DNA of 62,509 nt from Bacteroidota bacterium (GCA_011374625.1 DRPN01000142.1:1-62509), one strand, 5' to 3'. Positions 42,062 to 52,318 are shown, numbered from the stretch's first letter. Made by a program: numbers and translations. The notes: generated by a model not told the origin, from the letters alone.

Positions 42062-42571
42062 ATGAAACCATGTGTAAGCATAATTATGGGAAGCACCTCC
42101 GATTTGCCCGTGATGGAGAAAGCTGCCGATGTATTGAATGATTTTGAGGTCCCTTTCGAGATCATTGCTTTGTCGGCTCATCGTACGCCTGAAGAGGTTG
42201 AGCGTTACAGCAGGGAAGCACGGGATAGAGGTATTAAGGTGATCATCGCCGGAGCAGGAATGGCAGCTCATTTGCCAGGGGTGATTGCCGCCCAGACTAC
42301 CGTGCCGGTGATCGGCGTACCAATCAAAGCCACCCTCGATGGTTGGGATTCTATTCTTTCTATCCTACAAATGCCTCCGGGTATCCCGGTGGCCACGGTG
42401 GGTGTGAATGCAGCCCGTAATGCCGGCTTGCTGACCATACAGATGCTGGCTTTGTCGGATTCTGATCTTATGAAAAAATTTACCGGTTTCAAAGAAGATC
42501 TGAAGAAAAAAGTAATCAGGGCAAATAAGGAACTGGCCACGGTGAAAAAATATCCTTATAAAACCAACTAA
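42062..42571 (+). CDS. purE: 5-(carboxyamino)imidazole ribonucleotide mutase
   Basis: Begins MKPCVSIIMGSTSDLPVM and contains SAHRTP and AGMAAHLPGV. The 313-aa track ORF is trimmed to the ATG at 42062, because its upstream part is antisense to hpt. Confidence 0.9.
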   Translation: MKPCVSIIMGSTSDLPVMEKAADVLNDFEVPFEIIALSAHRTPEEVERYSREARDRGIKVIIAGAGMAAHLPGVIAAQTTVPVIGVPIKATLDGWDSILSILQMPPGIPVATVGVNAARNAGLLTIQMLALSDSDLMKKFTGFKEDLKKKVIRANKELATVKKYPYKTN

Positions 42572-42581
42572 TATTAAATTT

Positions 42582-43424
42582 GTGGTAAAAACAAAATTTT
42601 ACCGAAGAATATTTCTCAGGCTTACTATAGTATTTTTTCTCTTTTCAGGGATGTGTGTCGGGAAGGCACAGCCTCTTAATTTTTACCTAGGTGCACGTTT
42701 TGATGGGTTATCCAATGCAACTGTGATGATTCCGGATCTCTGGTCGGTTTCCCAAAACCAGGCCGGCATTGCCTGGGTTCCCTCCCCTTCTGTAGGATTG
42801 CATTTCGAGAACAAATTTGCCGTACCCGAATACTCCCTGAGCGCTATGAGCGCCGTCATCCCTACGGGACACGGAAGCATCGGGACTATGCTGTATTATT
42901 TCGGTTATTCGATGTATCATGATATCCGTGTGGGTATAGCTTACGGTCACTCTTTTTCGGAACGTTTTGCGGCCGGGATACAATTGAATTATATCAATAC
43001 TTATATCGCCGACTCTTATGGAAGCTTTCACTCGGTAGTGGCGGAAGGAGGGATTATGGCTATCCCGGTAGAAAATCTGTACCTGGGTGTGCATGTCTAT
43101 AATCTTACAGCTTCCAAGATGTCTGATCCGGAAAGAGATCCTCTTCCGGTGATCTTGCGGATGGGAATGGGATACCAGTTTCGGCAAAGATTATTTGTCT
43201 CCATAGAAACCGAAAAGGATAAGTCCCATAAGGCTGTTTTCAAAACAGGTGCCGAATTCAACATTAATGAAACTTTTTTCCTGCGGACCGGATATTCTAC
43301 CAACCCCGGGAAACCCTCCTTTGGTTTCGGATTTCTGTTCTATAATTTCAGAGCAGATATTGCTATGACCTTGCATCCTACCCTGGGATTCACACCATAT
43401 TTTTCGCTGATGTATTCTTTTTGA
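42582..43424 (+). CDS. Predicted outer-membrane beta-barrel, PorV/PorQ-like
   Basis: 280 aa, GTG start, signal peptide. The N-terminal GLSNATVMIPDLWSVSQNQAGIAW resembles the G.A.A...NPAG motif of the PorV/PorQ family. It has alternating beta-strand patterns and ends ..YFSLMYSF. The family assignment is from memory. Confidence 0.55.
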   Translation: MVKTKFYRRIFLRLTIVFFLFSGMCVGKAQPLNFYLGARFDGLSNATVMIPDLWSVSQNQAGIAWVPSPSVGLHFENKFAVPEYSLSAMSAVIPTGHGSIGTMLYYFGYSMYHDIRVGIAYGHSFSERFAAGIQLNYINTYIADSYGSFHSVVAEGGIMAIPVENLYLGVHVYNLTASKMSDPERDPLPVILRMGMGYQFRQRLFVSIETEKDKSHKAVFKTGAEFNINETFFLRTGYSTNPGKPSFGFGFLFYNFRADIAMTLHPTLGFTPYFSLMYSF

Positions 43425-43468
43425 GAAGCAGATTGATTTGCAAATAATATAATAGTACCTTACTATTC

Positions 43469-45556
43469 ATGAATAATTTCGGTATTCGGATATCGGTATT
43501 CATACTGATGAACGGGATATTAACGCCTCTTTCGGGCCAGGAGCCTGAAAATGCTTCGGACATGCAACTGCAATCAGATATAGAGGAGATTATGCAATCG
43601 CTCAACCCGTCGGAAGACCTGTCGGAAATGCTGGATTATTTTTCTTCCCTGCGTCAACATCCTGTAAACATTAATACTGCCGACAGGGAAGCATTGGAGA
43701 AACTGTTGTTTCTGAACGATTTTCAGATCAACAGCCTTTTGAACTATCGCAAAGAAACAGGTCCTTTATGCAGCATCGGCGAACTGCAATTGGTATATGG
43801 CTTCGACCGAGAGATAATCCGGCGTATCCGTCCCTACATTATTCTTGAAGAAGAAAGATACTCTTTTTTAGATAATTCGCTTTCCTCTAACCATATCAGC
43901 CAGGAGGGTGTGATGCGGGGAAAAGCCATCTGGGAAAATGAAGCGGGATACCTCTCTGTATCGGATACGGTATTAAAAGCTCATCCGAACGGCTTTTATC
44001 AGGGAGACCGCATGGGACTTTACTTTCGTTATCAGATACGGTATGGCCGGAAATTTTCTGCCGGAGTGCTGGGAGAGAAAGATCCGGGAGAACCGTTTTT
44101 TAGGGGCGGGAATAAAAACGGAATGGATTATTATTCCCTATATGCCCAATATCAGGGAAAAGGTATACTGCATCAGGTGAATGCAGGCCGTTATGCTTTG
44201 CGGTTTGGGCAGGGATTGGTGCTGTGGAACGGCTTTCATCTGGGTAAGTCTTCGCGTGTGACAGACATTGATAAACGTTCGCCGGAAGTTCGCTATGCTT
44301 CTTCCGCCACTGAGTCCGGTTATTTGTATGGGATGTCCGCGGTTTTAAAGATGAAAAAATATTCCGTGATCCCTTTTTTTTCTTTCAACCGGTTGGATGC
44401 ATACCTGGAACAAACGGGAGGTATTACAGGAACATCTGTATTTTCTTCTTTTTTAACTTCCGGCTTGCACAGGACAACCGGAGAAATGCAAAATAAACAT
44501 AAGGTACGTGAATGGATGTCCGGAATACGTGTAGCTTACAGAAACAAACTGCTTAAGGTGGGGCTTACTTCCCTTTATACATGTCTGGATCATCCGCTGA
44601 TTCCTGCTGACAGACCGGATAATGAATTTATCTTTTGTGGGAAGAATAATCTCAATATGGGAATAGATTATAATCTGATGATAAAACGGTTGTCACTGTT
44701 TGGCGAGACGGCGGTTAGCAAAAACGGGGCACCGGCTCTCGTTCAGGGAGTGCAGTGGTATTTTTCTCCCCTGATGTCTGTCGGTCTGCAGTGGCGTTTC
44801 TACCGGCGGGATTATCATTCTTTCTATGCCAATGCGTTTTCTGAAACAGGTTTGATCCGGAATGAATCTGGTCTTTATATGGGTTTTACAGGACATCTTA
44901 TCCCTCATGTGGTGTTGTCGGGATATATGGATATGTATCATTTTCCCTGGCTGCGCTATTATGCAGACGGGCCGTCGGGAGGAACAGAGATAAGGTTGAT
45001 ACTTTCATGGGAGCCTGCAGATAACTTTCATGCTGACTTGCAGTATAAAAACAAATCCCGTACATCCAATGATACGGAATCCGATGCTGCCATGAGCGGT
45101 CTGGTGCAACAGACACATGATCATCTGCGTATACAAATCCGTTATATGCTTTTGCCGCAGTTACAGGCTACCAGTCGCGTGGATTTGTCCCGTTTTTATC
45201 CGGCCCCCGGCTGTATTCCCGAAAAAGGTTTTATGTCTTATCAACAGATGAGGTATACCCCGGAGAAATTTCCGGTAACGGTTTACGGTCGCTTTGGTTT
45301 GTTTGATACCCGTTTTTCAACACGGATATATACGTATGAAAACGACTTGTTATATAGCTTTTCCATACCATCATTTACCGGCCGGGGCATTCGTTGGTAT
45401 GTGATGGTGAAATATCCTTTGTTTTCACATGGTGCTTTGTCGTTGCGGATAGCCCGTACGGCTTATATTGACCGGGAGTCTATTGGAGATGGTCCGGCGC
45501 TGATTTCTGAACCCCATAAGACAGAAATAAAGGTACAGGTAAGGGTGCGGATTTAA
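43469..45556 (+). CDS. Helix-hairpin-helix (ComEA-like) domain fused to a large predicted outer-membrane beta-barrel
   Basis: 695 aa with a signal peptide. Residues about 60-130 read VNINTADREALEKLLFLNDFQINSLLNYRKETGPLCSIGELQLVYGFDREII, a ComEA-type HhH pattern. The remaining roughly 550 aa show alternating amphipathic strand patterns rich in Y/F/G. Confidence 0.65.
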   Translation: MNNFGIRISVFILMNGILTPLSGQEPENASDMQLQSDIEEIMQSLNPSEDLSEMLDYFSSLRQHPVNINTADREALEKLLFLNDFQINSLLNYRKETGPLCSIGELQLVYGFDREIIRRIRPYIILEEERYSFLDNSLSSNHISQEGVMRGKAIWENEAGYLSVSDTVLKAHPNGFYQGDRMGLYFRYQIRYGRKFSAGVLGEKDPGEPFFRGGNKNGMDYYSLYAQYQGKGILHQVNAGRYALRFGQGLVLWNGFHLGKSSRVTDIDKRSPEVRYASSATESGYLYGMSAVLKMKKYSVIPFFSFNRLDAYLEQTGGITGTSVFSSFLTSGLHRTTGEMQNKHKVREWMSGIRVAYRNKLLKVGLTSLYTCLDHPLIPADRPDNEFIFCGKNNLNMGIDYNLMIKRLSLFGETAVSKNGAPALVQGVQWYFSPLMSVGLQWRFYRRDYHSFYANAFSETGLIRNESGLYMGFTGHLIPHVVLSGYMDMYHFPWLRYYADGPSGGTEIRLILSWEPADNFHADLQYKNKSRTSNDTESDAAMSGLVQQTHDHLRIQIRYMLLPQLQATSRVDLSRFYPAPGCIPEKGFMSYQQMRYTPEKFPVTVYGRFGLFDTRFSTRIYTYENDLLYSFSIPSFTGRGIRWYVMVKYPLFSHGALSLRIARTAYIDRESIGDGPALISEPHKTEIKVQVRVRI

Positions 45557-45558
45557 TG

Positions 45559-46707
45559 TTAATTATCCCAAACTTTCCCCCTGAACGGATAACTTCCTAT
45601 TCCTGCCAGTGCAGTGGCTGTGATATAAAAAGGATAAAGTATTTGTGCAATCGGGAAAAGCCACAGCAATTTGCGGCGATTATAAAATGAAGTGATACTC
45701 TGAAGTATTAAAAAATCAGGAATGCTTTTGATAATATAGAAAGTGAACATCCAAAACCACCATGCTGGTTGAAAAAATCCAGCTACTGCGGAAAATACGA
45801 TGGCAAGATTCAACAGAAAAACTATAGCGGCTGTCAGGAGAGTGTCCCGGTCACTGTAAGCCGGACTTTTGGATGCCCAGCGGATACGTTGTTTGAGGAA
45901 AGTCCTGGGGCCGGGTTTATCCATGATGGTAACGGTTGCCTTTTTGGATTTTAGAAAATGTATGGCCTCCGGGTGATGTCGTTTGATTGTATGAAGGAGG
46001 AAGACATCGTCGCCGCTCTGAATTTCTTGGCGAAACGGGTCGGAGGCTGAGAAAAGCAGCTCTTTTTTATAGGCCGTGTTGGCTCCGTTGCAGTATAGGG
46101 GATGGCCGGTTCCGGCACTCCCCATGCCGGTTCCCATAAGACTATAAAATTCCAGTTCTCCGAAACGGGCAAATAATCCTTTTTGCGGAAAGGTTTTTAC
46201 CGGTCCGGCAACAAAACCGGCCCCTGTTTTTTTTTGATATGCCATCAGCAGAACTATCCAGTCATGATCAGGCCGGGCATCGGCATCGGTAGTGAAGATC
46301 CAGGGAGAAGTACAGACTTCGATAGCGGTTAGCAAAGCTTCTTTTTTACCCCTTCCACAATTCTGTATTGCTTTAATGTTAGGATTGACTTTGGCTGCCT
46401 GTTTGATTATTTCACGGGTTCGGTCTGTCGAATAATCATCCACCAGGAGTATTTCCGTCAAAGAAGCCGGATAACTTTGTTGCCTTAAAGTACGGATCAG
46501 CTCTGGCAGGTTGTGTTCTTCATTATGACAGGCTACAATTACCGAAACTTTTTCTTTTGGTAGCATACCCTGCGGATCTTCAAAAACGGGCAACTCCTTC
46601 CACCCTTTCCGAAACCACAGGATCATACCGGCATAAAGGAATGCCGGCAATAGGAGAGTCACTTGCAGCACTGGAAAGAAAAACAGGGTACGAATTATTT
46701 CAACCAT
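45559..46707 (-). CDS. Membrane-bound glycosyltransferase family 2
   Basis: 382 aa. N-terminal TM, then VSVIVACHNEE...LVDDYSTD...TDADA GT-A motifs, RIRWA (QxxRW-like), and C-terminal TM helices. Confidence 0.8.
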   Translation of the reverse strand: MVEIIRTLFFFPVLQVTLLLPAFLYAGMILWFRKGWKELPVFEDPQGMLPKEKVSVIVACHNEEHNLPELIRTLRQQSYPASLTEILLVDDYSTDRTREIIKQAAKVNPNIKAIQNCGRGKKEALLTAIEVCTSPWIFTTDADARPDHDWIVLLMAYQKKTGAGFVAGPVKTFPQKGLFARFGELEFYSLMGTGMGSAGTGHPLYCNGANTAYKKELLFSASDPFRQEIQSGDDVFLLHTIKRHHPEAIHFLKSKKATVTIMDKPGPRTFLKQRIRWASKSPAYSDRDTLLTAAIVFLLNLAIVFSAVAGFFQPAWWFWMFTFYIIKSIPDFLILQSITSFYNRRKLLWLFPIAQILYPFYITATALAGIGSYPFRGKVWDN

Positions 46708-47144
46708 TCGTAGAGAGCATAATGATCGCCGTTCATCTGAAGTTTTTCATATATTTTCCGGGCACGGGTGTTGGTCTTGTCCACGTATAGCCGTATCCCT
46801 ATCACCCGGTCGTTGGCCAGGACCATCTCTTTGATATATAGATACATGGTCTTGAAAATGCCCTGGTTGCGGTAATCCGGTATAACGTAAACCGACTGGA
46901 TCCAATAGACGATTCCGTTGCGCCAGTCACTCCATTCATAAGTGATCAGAAGCGAAGCCACTACCGTTCCTTTATGTTCTGCTACAAAATATTTTCCCAA
47001 CTCCGGTTTGGCAAAGACTTTTTTCACACCAGCCACCACTGTGGGTTTGTCCAGTTGCAGGTTTTCGGTTTCCAAAGCCATAGCCATCTGAAATTCGGCG
47101 ATAGTCTCGAAGTCAAGTGAGTCGGCAGGTCTGATAGATATCAT
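46695..47144 (-). CDS. GNAT-family N-acetyltransferase
   Basis: 149 aa with the RNQGIFKTM acetyl-CoA-binding-type motif. It overlaps the GT2 start by 13 nt. Confidence 0.75.
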   Translation of the reverse strand: MISIRPADSLDFETIAEFQMAMALETENLQLDKPTVVAGVKKVFAKPELGKYFVAEHKGTVVASLLITYEWSDWRNGIVYWIQSVYVIPDYRNQGIFKTMYLYIKEMVLANDRVIGIRLYVDKTNTRARKIYEKLQMNGDHYALYEWLK

Positions 47145-47156
47145 GATAAATCGGGT

Positions 47157-50100
47157 TTAATATTCATCCCAAGCCAGGATGTTGATGTCTTTGGGTTCAT
47201 ATTTGCAAAAAGCCAGGATGAAAGCACTGGCCAGGCGTGCATTTGTGATAAGAGGAATGTTGAAATCCACGGCATTCCTGCGGATCATATAATCATTATC
47301 CAGCTCTCCTTTTGACAGATTTTTAGGGATGTTGACCACCAGATCCACTTCTCTGTTGCGAATCAGATCGAGGGTATTGGGGTGTTTGTCTTCATCAGGC
47401 CAGTAAGCCAGTTTCGTTTTAATGCCGTACTGGTCATAAAATTTTTTCGTGCCTCGCGTAGCATATAGTGTATATCCTTTGGCAAGTAAGGCCCGGGCGC
47501 TGTTGATCAGTTCCACCTTCGAGCGGGCCGGGCCGGTGGATAGTAGTATCTTTTTTTGTGGGATATGATACCCTACTGACAGCATGGCTTTCAGTATCCC
47601 TTCATAAAAATCATCTCCGATGCATCCCACCTCTCCGGTGGAAGACATGTCCACGCCCAGTACCGGGTCGGCCAGTTGCAGGCGCGAAAAAGAGAACTGC
47701 GGGGCCTTAACCCCCACATAATCCAGATCGAAGATAGATTTGGAGAGCCGTCCTACCTCCTCACCCAGCATTATTCGTGTGGCAAGGTCAATAAGGTTTA
47801 CCTTCAGCACTTTAGATACAAAAGGCATGCTGCGTGAAGCCCGCAAGTTGCATTCGATCACCTTGATCTGGTTATCCTTGGCCAGAAATTGAATATTGAA
47901 AGGACCGGAGATATTCAATTCGTGTGCAATCTCCCGGGTGATCCGTTTAATGCGGCGGATGGTCTCGAGGTATATTTTCTGCGGGGGAAAGACCATGGTG
48001 GCATCGCCGGAGTGAACGCCGGCAAACTCTACATGCTCGGAGATAGCATAAGTGATCAGGGATCCGTTGCGGGCCACAGCATCGATCTCGATTTCCTTGG
48101 CTTCCTGAATAAACTCGGTAACCACTACCGGATACTGTTTTGATACTTCTGCTGCCAGTTTCAGGAAATGTTCCAGTTCCTCCCGGTTGGAGACCACATT
48201 CATGGCTGCTCCCGAGAGTACGTAAGAAGGTCGTATAAGCACCGGGAAACCTATCCTGTCAATAAATTTCTGGATATCGCTCATGCTTGTGAGCTCTTTC
48301 CATTGCGGTTGATCCACCCCGAGCGTATCGAGCATGGAGGAGAACTTATGGCGGTTTTCGGCACGGTCGATAGAGACCGGGGAGGTGCCAAGTACATTAA
48401 CTTTTTGATTGTGCAAACGCAGGGCCAGGTTATTGGGAATTTGTCCGCCGGTGGAGATGATGACCCCATGAGGTTGTTCAAGATCGATGATGTCCAGTGT
48501 CCGTTCAAAAGAGAGTTCATCAAAATAAAGGCGATCAGAGATATCATAATCGGTACTCACCGTTTCAGGGTTGTAATTGATGATGACAGAACGGTATCCT
48601 TTTTCTTCTACAGTATGCAGAGCACTAACACCACACCAATCAAACTCGACACTGCTGCCGATGCGGTAGGCTCCCGAACCAAGGATGATGACAGATTTTT
48701 TATCGTTATAAAAATCAATATCATGCTCCCTGGCACTGTAGGTCAGATACAGGTAGTTGGTCTGGGCCGGATACTCAGCAGCTAGCGTATCGATCTGTTT
48801 TACGTATGGGACTATGTTACGGGACTTGCGATGTGCACGTACCTGCAGGAGTCCTTCTTCCATTTTTTCAGGAGCAGGGTCCAAAACAAAACGGGCAATC
48901 TGGAAATCCGAAAAACCCTGGATCTTGGCTTCACGAAGTTTTTCATCATCCAGTACTTCCAGCGAAGAAATGCTTTCCAGTTCTTTTTTCAGACGGATAA
49001 TATTTTTTAGTTTATAGAGGAACCACTTGTCTATTTTGGTGAGTTCATGGATGTGATCAACAGACAATCCTTTCTCAAAGGCTTCGGCAATGACAAAAAT
49101 ACGCATGTCGGTAGGCTCGGCCAGTTCTTTTTCCACATGATCAAACCGGATGTGGTTACCGACAAAACCATGCATTCCCTGGCCGATCATTCGCAGTCCT
49201 TTCTGAATGGCTTCTTCAAAGGTGCGACCGATAGCCATTACCTCTCCCACACTCTTCATACTGCTGCCTATATGGTGGGAGACTCCTTCGAATTTGTTTA
49301 GGTCCCAGCGGGGGATCTTGCAAACGATATAATCGAGGGCGGGTTCGAAGAAGGCAGTAGTAGTCTTGGTGACAGCATTTTTCAGTTGATGCAGTCCGTA
49401 ACCTACTGCCAGTTTGGCTGCTACAAAAGCCAGCGGATAACCGGTTGCTTTCGAGGCAAGAGCGCTGGAACGCGACAGACGAGCATTCACCTCGATGACA
49501 CGGTAATCTTCCGAGTCGGGATCGAGAGCATACTGGATGTTGCATTCGCCCACGATGCCGATGTGGCGAATTACCTGAATGGAGAGAGCCCGTAGCTTGT
49601 GATACTCACTATTGGTGAGGGTCTGGGATGGTGCCACAACAATGCTCTCCCCCGTATGTATCCCCAACGGGTCAAAGTTCTCCATGTTACAGACGGTGAT
49701 ACAATTGTCAAAACGGTCGCGTACCACTTCGTATTCTACTTCTTTCCATCCTTTCAGAGATTCTTCTACCAGGATCTGATTGGTGTAAGAAAAAGCTTTT
49801 GAAGCTTCTTCTTTCAACTCTTCCTCACTGGTGCAAAAAGCGCTGCCCTGGCCGCCCAAGGTAAAAGCAGACCGGATGATGATAGGATATCCCAACCGCT
49901 TCCCGGCTTTTAGGGCATCATCAAGACCCGAGACGGCAATGCTCCGTGGGGTTTTAACATTTATTTCTTTAAGTTTGTTGACAAAAAATTCCCGGTTTTC
50001 GGTGTCCATGATTGCCTGTATGGGTGTACCCAATACTTGAACATGGTGTTTTTTCAGGATACCTTGTTTAAATATTTTAATGCCGCAGTTTAAGGCTGTC

Positions 50101-50375
50101 TGTCCGCCGAAAGAAAGCAGAATGCCATCGGGTTTCTCTTTTTCAATAACCCGTTCCACAAAATATGGTGTAATCGGCAAAAAATAGATCCGGTCTGCAA
50201 TTTTTTCGGAAGTCTGGACGGTGGCAATGTTCGGATTGATAAGAATAGTGCGGATCCCCTCTTCCTGCAACGCTTTTAGCGCCTGAGAGCCCGAATAGTC
50301 AAACTCTCCGGCCTCGCCGATTTTCAGGGCTCCCGATCCGAGTAATAATACTTTCTTTAATGATGCTTTTTCCAC
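47157..50375 (-). CDS. carB: Carbamoyl-phosphate synthase large subunit
   Basis: 1072 aa with duplicated ATP-grasp halves and an MGS-like C-terminal domain. The start is GTG; an in-frame TAA lies 4 codons upstream with no ATG, GTG or TTG between. Confidence 0.93.
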   Translation of the reverse strand: MEKASLKKVLLLGSGALKIGEAGEFDYSGSQALKALQEEGIRTILINPNIATVQTSEKIADRIYFLPITPYFVERVIEKEKPDGILLSFGGQTALNCGIKIFKQGILKKHHVQVLGTPIQAIMDTENREFFVNKLKEINVKTPRSIAVSGLDDALKAGKRLGYPIIIRSAFTLGGQGSAFCTSEEELKEEASKAFSYTNQILVEESLKGWKEVEYEVVRDRFDNCITVCNMENFDPLGIHTGESIVVAPSQTLTNSEYHKLRALSIQVIRHIGIVGECNIQYALDPDSEDYRVIEVNARLSRSSALASKATGYPLAFVAAKLAVGYGLHQLKNAVTKTTTAFFEPALDYIVCKIPRWDLNKFEGVSHHIGSSMKSVGEVMAIGRTFEEAIQKGLRMIGQGMHGFVGNHIRFDHVEKELAEPTDMRIFVIAEAFEKGLSVDHIHELTKIDKWFLYKLKNIIRLKKELESISSLEVLDDEKLREAKIQGFSDFQIARFVLDPAPEKMEEGLLQVRAHRKSRNIVPYVKQIDTLAAEYPAQTNYLYLTYSAREHDIDFYNDKKSVIILGSGAYRIGSSVEFDWCGVSALHTVEEKGYRSVIINYNPETVSTDYDISDRLYFDELSFERTLDIIDLEQPHGVIISTGGQIPNNLALRLHNQKVNVLGTSPVSIDRAENRHKFSSMLDTLGVDQPQWKELTSMSDIQKFIDRIGFPVLIRPSYVLSGAAMNVVSNREELEHFLKLAAEVSKQYPVVVTEFIQEAKEIEIDAVARNGSLITYAISEHVEFAGVHSGDATMVFPPQKIYLETIRRIKRITREIAHELNISGPFNIQFLAKDNQIKVIECNLRASRSMPFVSKVLKVNLIDLATRIMLGEEVGRLSKSIFDLDYVGVKAPQFSFSRLQLADPVLGVDMSSTGEVGCIGDDFYEGILKAMLSVGYHIPQKKILLSTGPARSKVELINSARALLAKGYTLYATRGTKKFYDQYGIKTKLAYWPDEDKHPNTLDLIRNREVDLVVNIPKNLSKGELDNDYMIRRNAVDFNIPLITNARLASAFILAFCKYEPKDINILAWDEY

Positions 50376-50438
50376 AAGATATGTTTATTATTTCGTTTTT
50401 CTGTTCTGTGTACCTGTATAGTGAAGGAAGAGGTAAAA

Positions 50439-50452
50439 TGCAAATATATATA
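50439..50452 (-). promoter_or_regulatory. carB -7 box (TATATTTG) embedded in an ARG-box-like site
   Basis: Plus-strand TGCAAATATATATA matches the reverse complement of the box at 50509-50522 at 12 of 14 positions. Plus-strand CAAATATA (50441-50448) equals minus-strand TATATTTG. Confidence 0.4.
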
Positions 50453-50487
50453 GCGCAAAAAAAAACGAGCGAAAAATAAAATAAAAA

Positions 50488-50545
50488 TTTGTTTTGATAA
50501 AATAAAAATGTATAAATTTGCATCAAAATTACATATTTATGTATT
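50488..50545 (+). promoter_or_regulatory. argR promoter (TTTG-N21-TAAATTTG) overlapped by two ARG-box-like sites in 21-bp phase
   Basis: The boxes are TGTATAAATTTGCA (50509-50522) and TACATATTTATGTA (50530-50543). Both resemble TGAAT-wwww-ATTCA, and their starts are 21 bp apart. The -7 box TAAATTTG (50513-50520) lies inside box 1. The argR ATG is at 50546. Confidence 0.45.
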
Positions 50546-51028
50546 ATGAATGATAGAAACACCCGTTTATACCTGATTAGGCAGATGATCAGGAACCATG
50601 AGATTTTTACACAGGAGCAATTGCTTGAGATGTTGGAAGAGAGGGGATATCATGTAACACAGGCCACGTTGTCGAGGGATTTGAAGTTTCTACGGGCAGG
50701 CAAGATACCATTTAGTAACGGGCGGTATAAGTATGTGTTGGATGAAACGGCCCGGCTGGACCCGGAAGCTGATTACCATCCTTCTTCCGGACAGGGATTT
50801 GTATCGCTGGAGTTTGCCCAACAAATGGCACTAATACGGACGTTGCCTGGTTATGCCAATATGTTGGCCATTTCTATTGACAGGGCCCGAAGGTATGAGC
50901 TGGCCGGAACCATTGCCGGTGACGATACCATTCTGATCGTACCTCGTGATGGGGTAAGCCGTGAGGCAGTGAGGAAAGTGTTGCAGTTGATTTTTCCGGA
51001 TATCGCTGAAAAAATTGCAAGATCGTGA
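50546..51028 (+). CDS. argR: Arginine repressor
   Basis: 160 aa. Winged-helix N-terminus (QEQLLEMLEERGYHVTQATLSRDLKFL) and C-terminal GTIAGDDTILIV oligomerisation/arginine-binding motif. Confidence 0.9.
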   Translation: MNDRNTRLYLIRQMIRNHEIFTQEQLLEMLEERGYHVTQATLSRDLKFLRAGKIPFSNGRYKYVLDETARLDPEADYHPSSGQGFVSLEFAQQMALIRTLPGYANMLAISIDRARRYELAGTIAGDDTILIVPRDGVSREAVRKVLQLIFPDIAEKIARS

Positions 51029-51067
51029 ATATTTATTAAATAATAATTTTTTTAATTTTTTATCAAC

Positions 51068-52318
51068 ATGAAGAATCAGAAAATTGTGCTTGCGTACAGT
51101 GGGGGACTGGACACGTCTGTGATACTAAAATGGCTTATCGATCGCGGTAATAGTGTGATCGCTTATGTAGCCGATGTAGGACAGGAAGATGATTTTAACC
51201 AGGTCAGAAAAAAAGCTTTGGCCATCGGGGCCAAAGAGGTTATTGTGGATGACCTGAAGAGGGAGTTTGTTACCGATTTTATATTTCCTGCCATCCGGGC
51301 CAATGCGATTTATGAAGGTCGCTATTTGCTTGGCACAGCGCTGGCAAGGCCGTTGATTGCCAAAAGAATGATCGAGGCTGCCAATAAGATGGAGGCTCCC
51401 GTGGTGTCGCATGGCGCCACCGGCAAAGGAAACGATCAGGTAAGGTTCGAACTTTCCTTCTATGCCCTGAACCCGAAGATCAGGATTTTCTCTCCCTGGA
51501 AGGATGCAGAGTTCCTGGATCAGTTTAGGGGCCGTACCGACCTGATCAAATATGCCGAAGAAGCAGGTATCCTTGTGAAAGCTACACGTGAACGACCTTA
51601 CAGCGAAGATGACAACCTGATGCATATCAGTCATGAGGCAGGGATACTGGAAGATCCGGCACTGAAAGCCGATATGAAAGTGTATTCCAAAGTCACTCAC
51701 CCATACAATGCACCGGACAAACCCGAAAGCATCTCCATAGAATTCAAGGATGGGATTCCTATAAAGATCACCAACAACGAGGATGGGACCGTAAAAACAG
51801 AACCCCTGGAACTGTTTAACTATGCAAACGAATTGGGCTCGAAACATGGTGTCGGATTGCTTGATATGGTTGAAAACCGGTTTGTCGGGATTAAATCGAG
51901 AGGGATCTATGAGACACCCGGTGCAGAAATTCTGTTCAAGGCCCACCAGGATATCGAAGGGATCGCCATGGACCGCGAGGTGATGCGGTTACGTAATATG
52001 CTTACACCCAAGTTTGCGGAGTTGGTCTATTATGGTTTCTGGTTCAGTCCCGAAATGGACTTTTTGATGGCTGCTATCAAGAAAAGTCAAGAGTTGATAG
52101 ATGGCAAAGTCTACCTTTCTTTATATAAAGGGAATGTCCTGATCGAAGGGCGGGAGTCGCCCAGCTCGTTATATGATCAGGATCTCGCCAGCATGGATAT
52201 TGAAGGGGGCTTTGATCAGAAGGACAGCGAAGGCTTTATCAAGGTTAACGCTATCCGTCTGATGGCTCATCATGCGATCGTGAGCAGACAGTATAAGAAT
52301 CATATCTATAGTATATAG
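51068..52318 (+). CDS. argG: Argininosuccinate synthase
   Basis: 416 aa. Motifs seen: AYSGGLDTS and [15 protein letters not shown]. Confidence 0.93.
   Translation: MKNQKIVLAYSGGLDTSVILKWLIDRGNSVIAYVADVGQEDDFNQVRKKALAIGAKEVIVDDLKREFVTDFIFPAIRANAIYEGRYLLGTALARPLIAKRMIEAANKMEAPVVSHGATGKGNDQVRFELSFYALNPKIRIFSPWKDAEFLDQFRGRTDLIKYAEEAGILVKATRERPYSEDDNLMHISHEAGILEDPALKADMKVYSKVTHPYNAPDKPESISIEFKDGIPIKITNNEDGTVKTEPLELFNYANELGSKHGVGLLDMVENRFVGIKSRGIYETPGAEILFKAHQDIEGIAMDREVMRLRNMLTPKFAELVYYGFWFSPEMDFLMAAIKKSQELIDGKVYLSLYKGNVLIEGRESPSSLYDQDLASMDIEGGFDQKDSEGFIKVNAIRLMAHHAIVSRQYKNHIYSI

Noticed and set aside
46227-46235. A T9 run (A9 on the coding strand, giving QKKT) inside the membrane GT2, considered as a slipped-strand phase-variation tract.
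   Set aside because: Nine A/T is short for a contingency locus and arises naturally from Lys codons. Similar A8/T8 runs occur in GT9, ccsBA and elsewhere. There is no supporting evidence without population data.
51125-51946. 273-aa minus-strand ORF.
   Set aside because: It is antisense to argG and is a shadow ORF.
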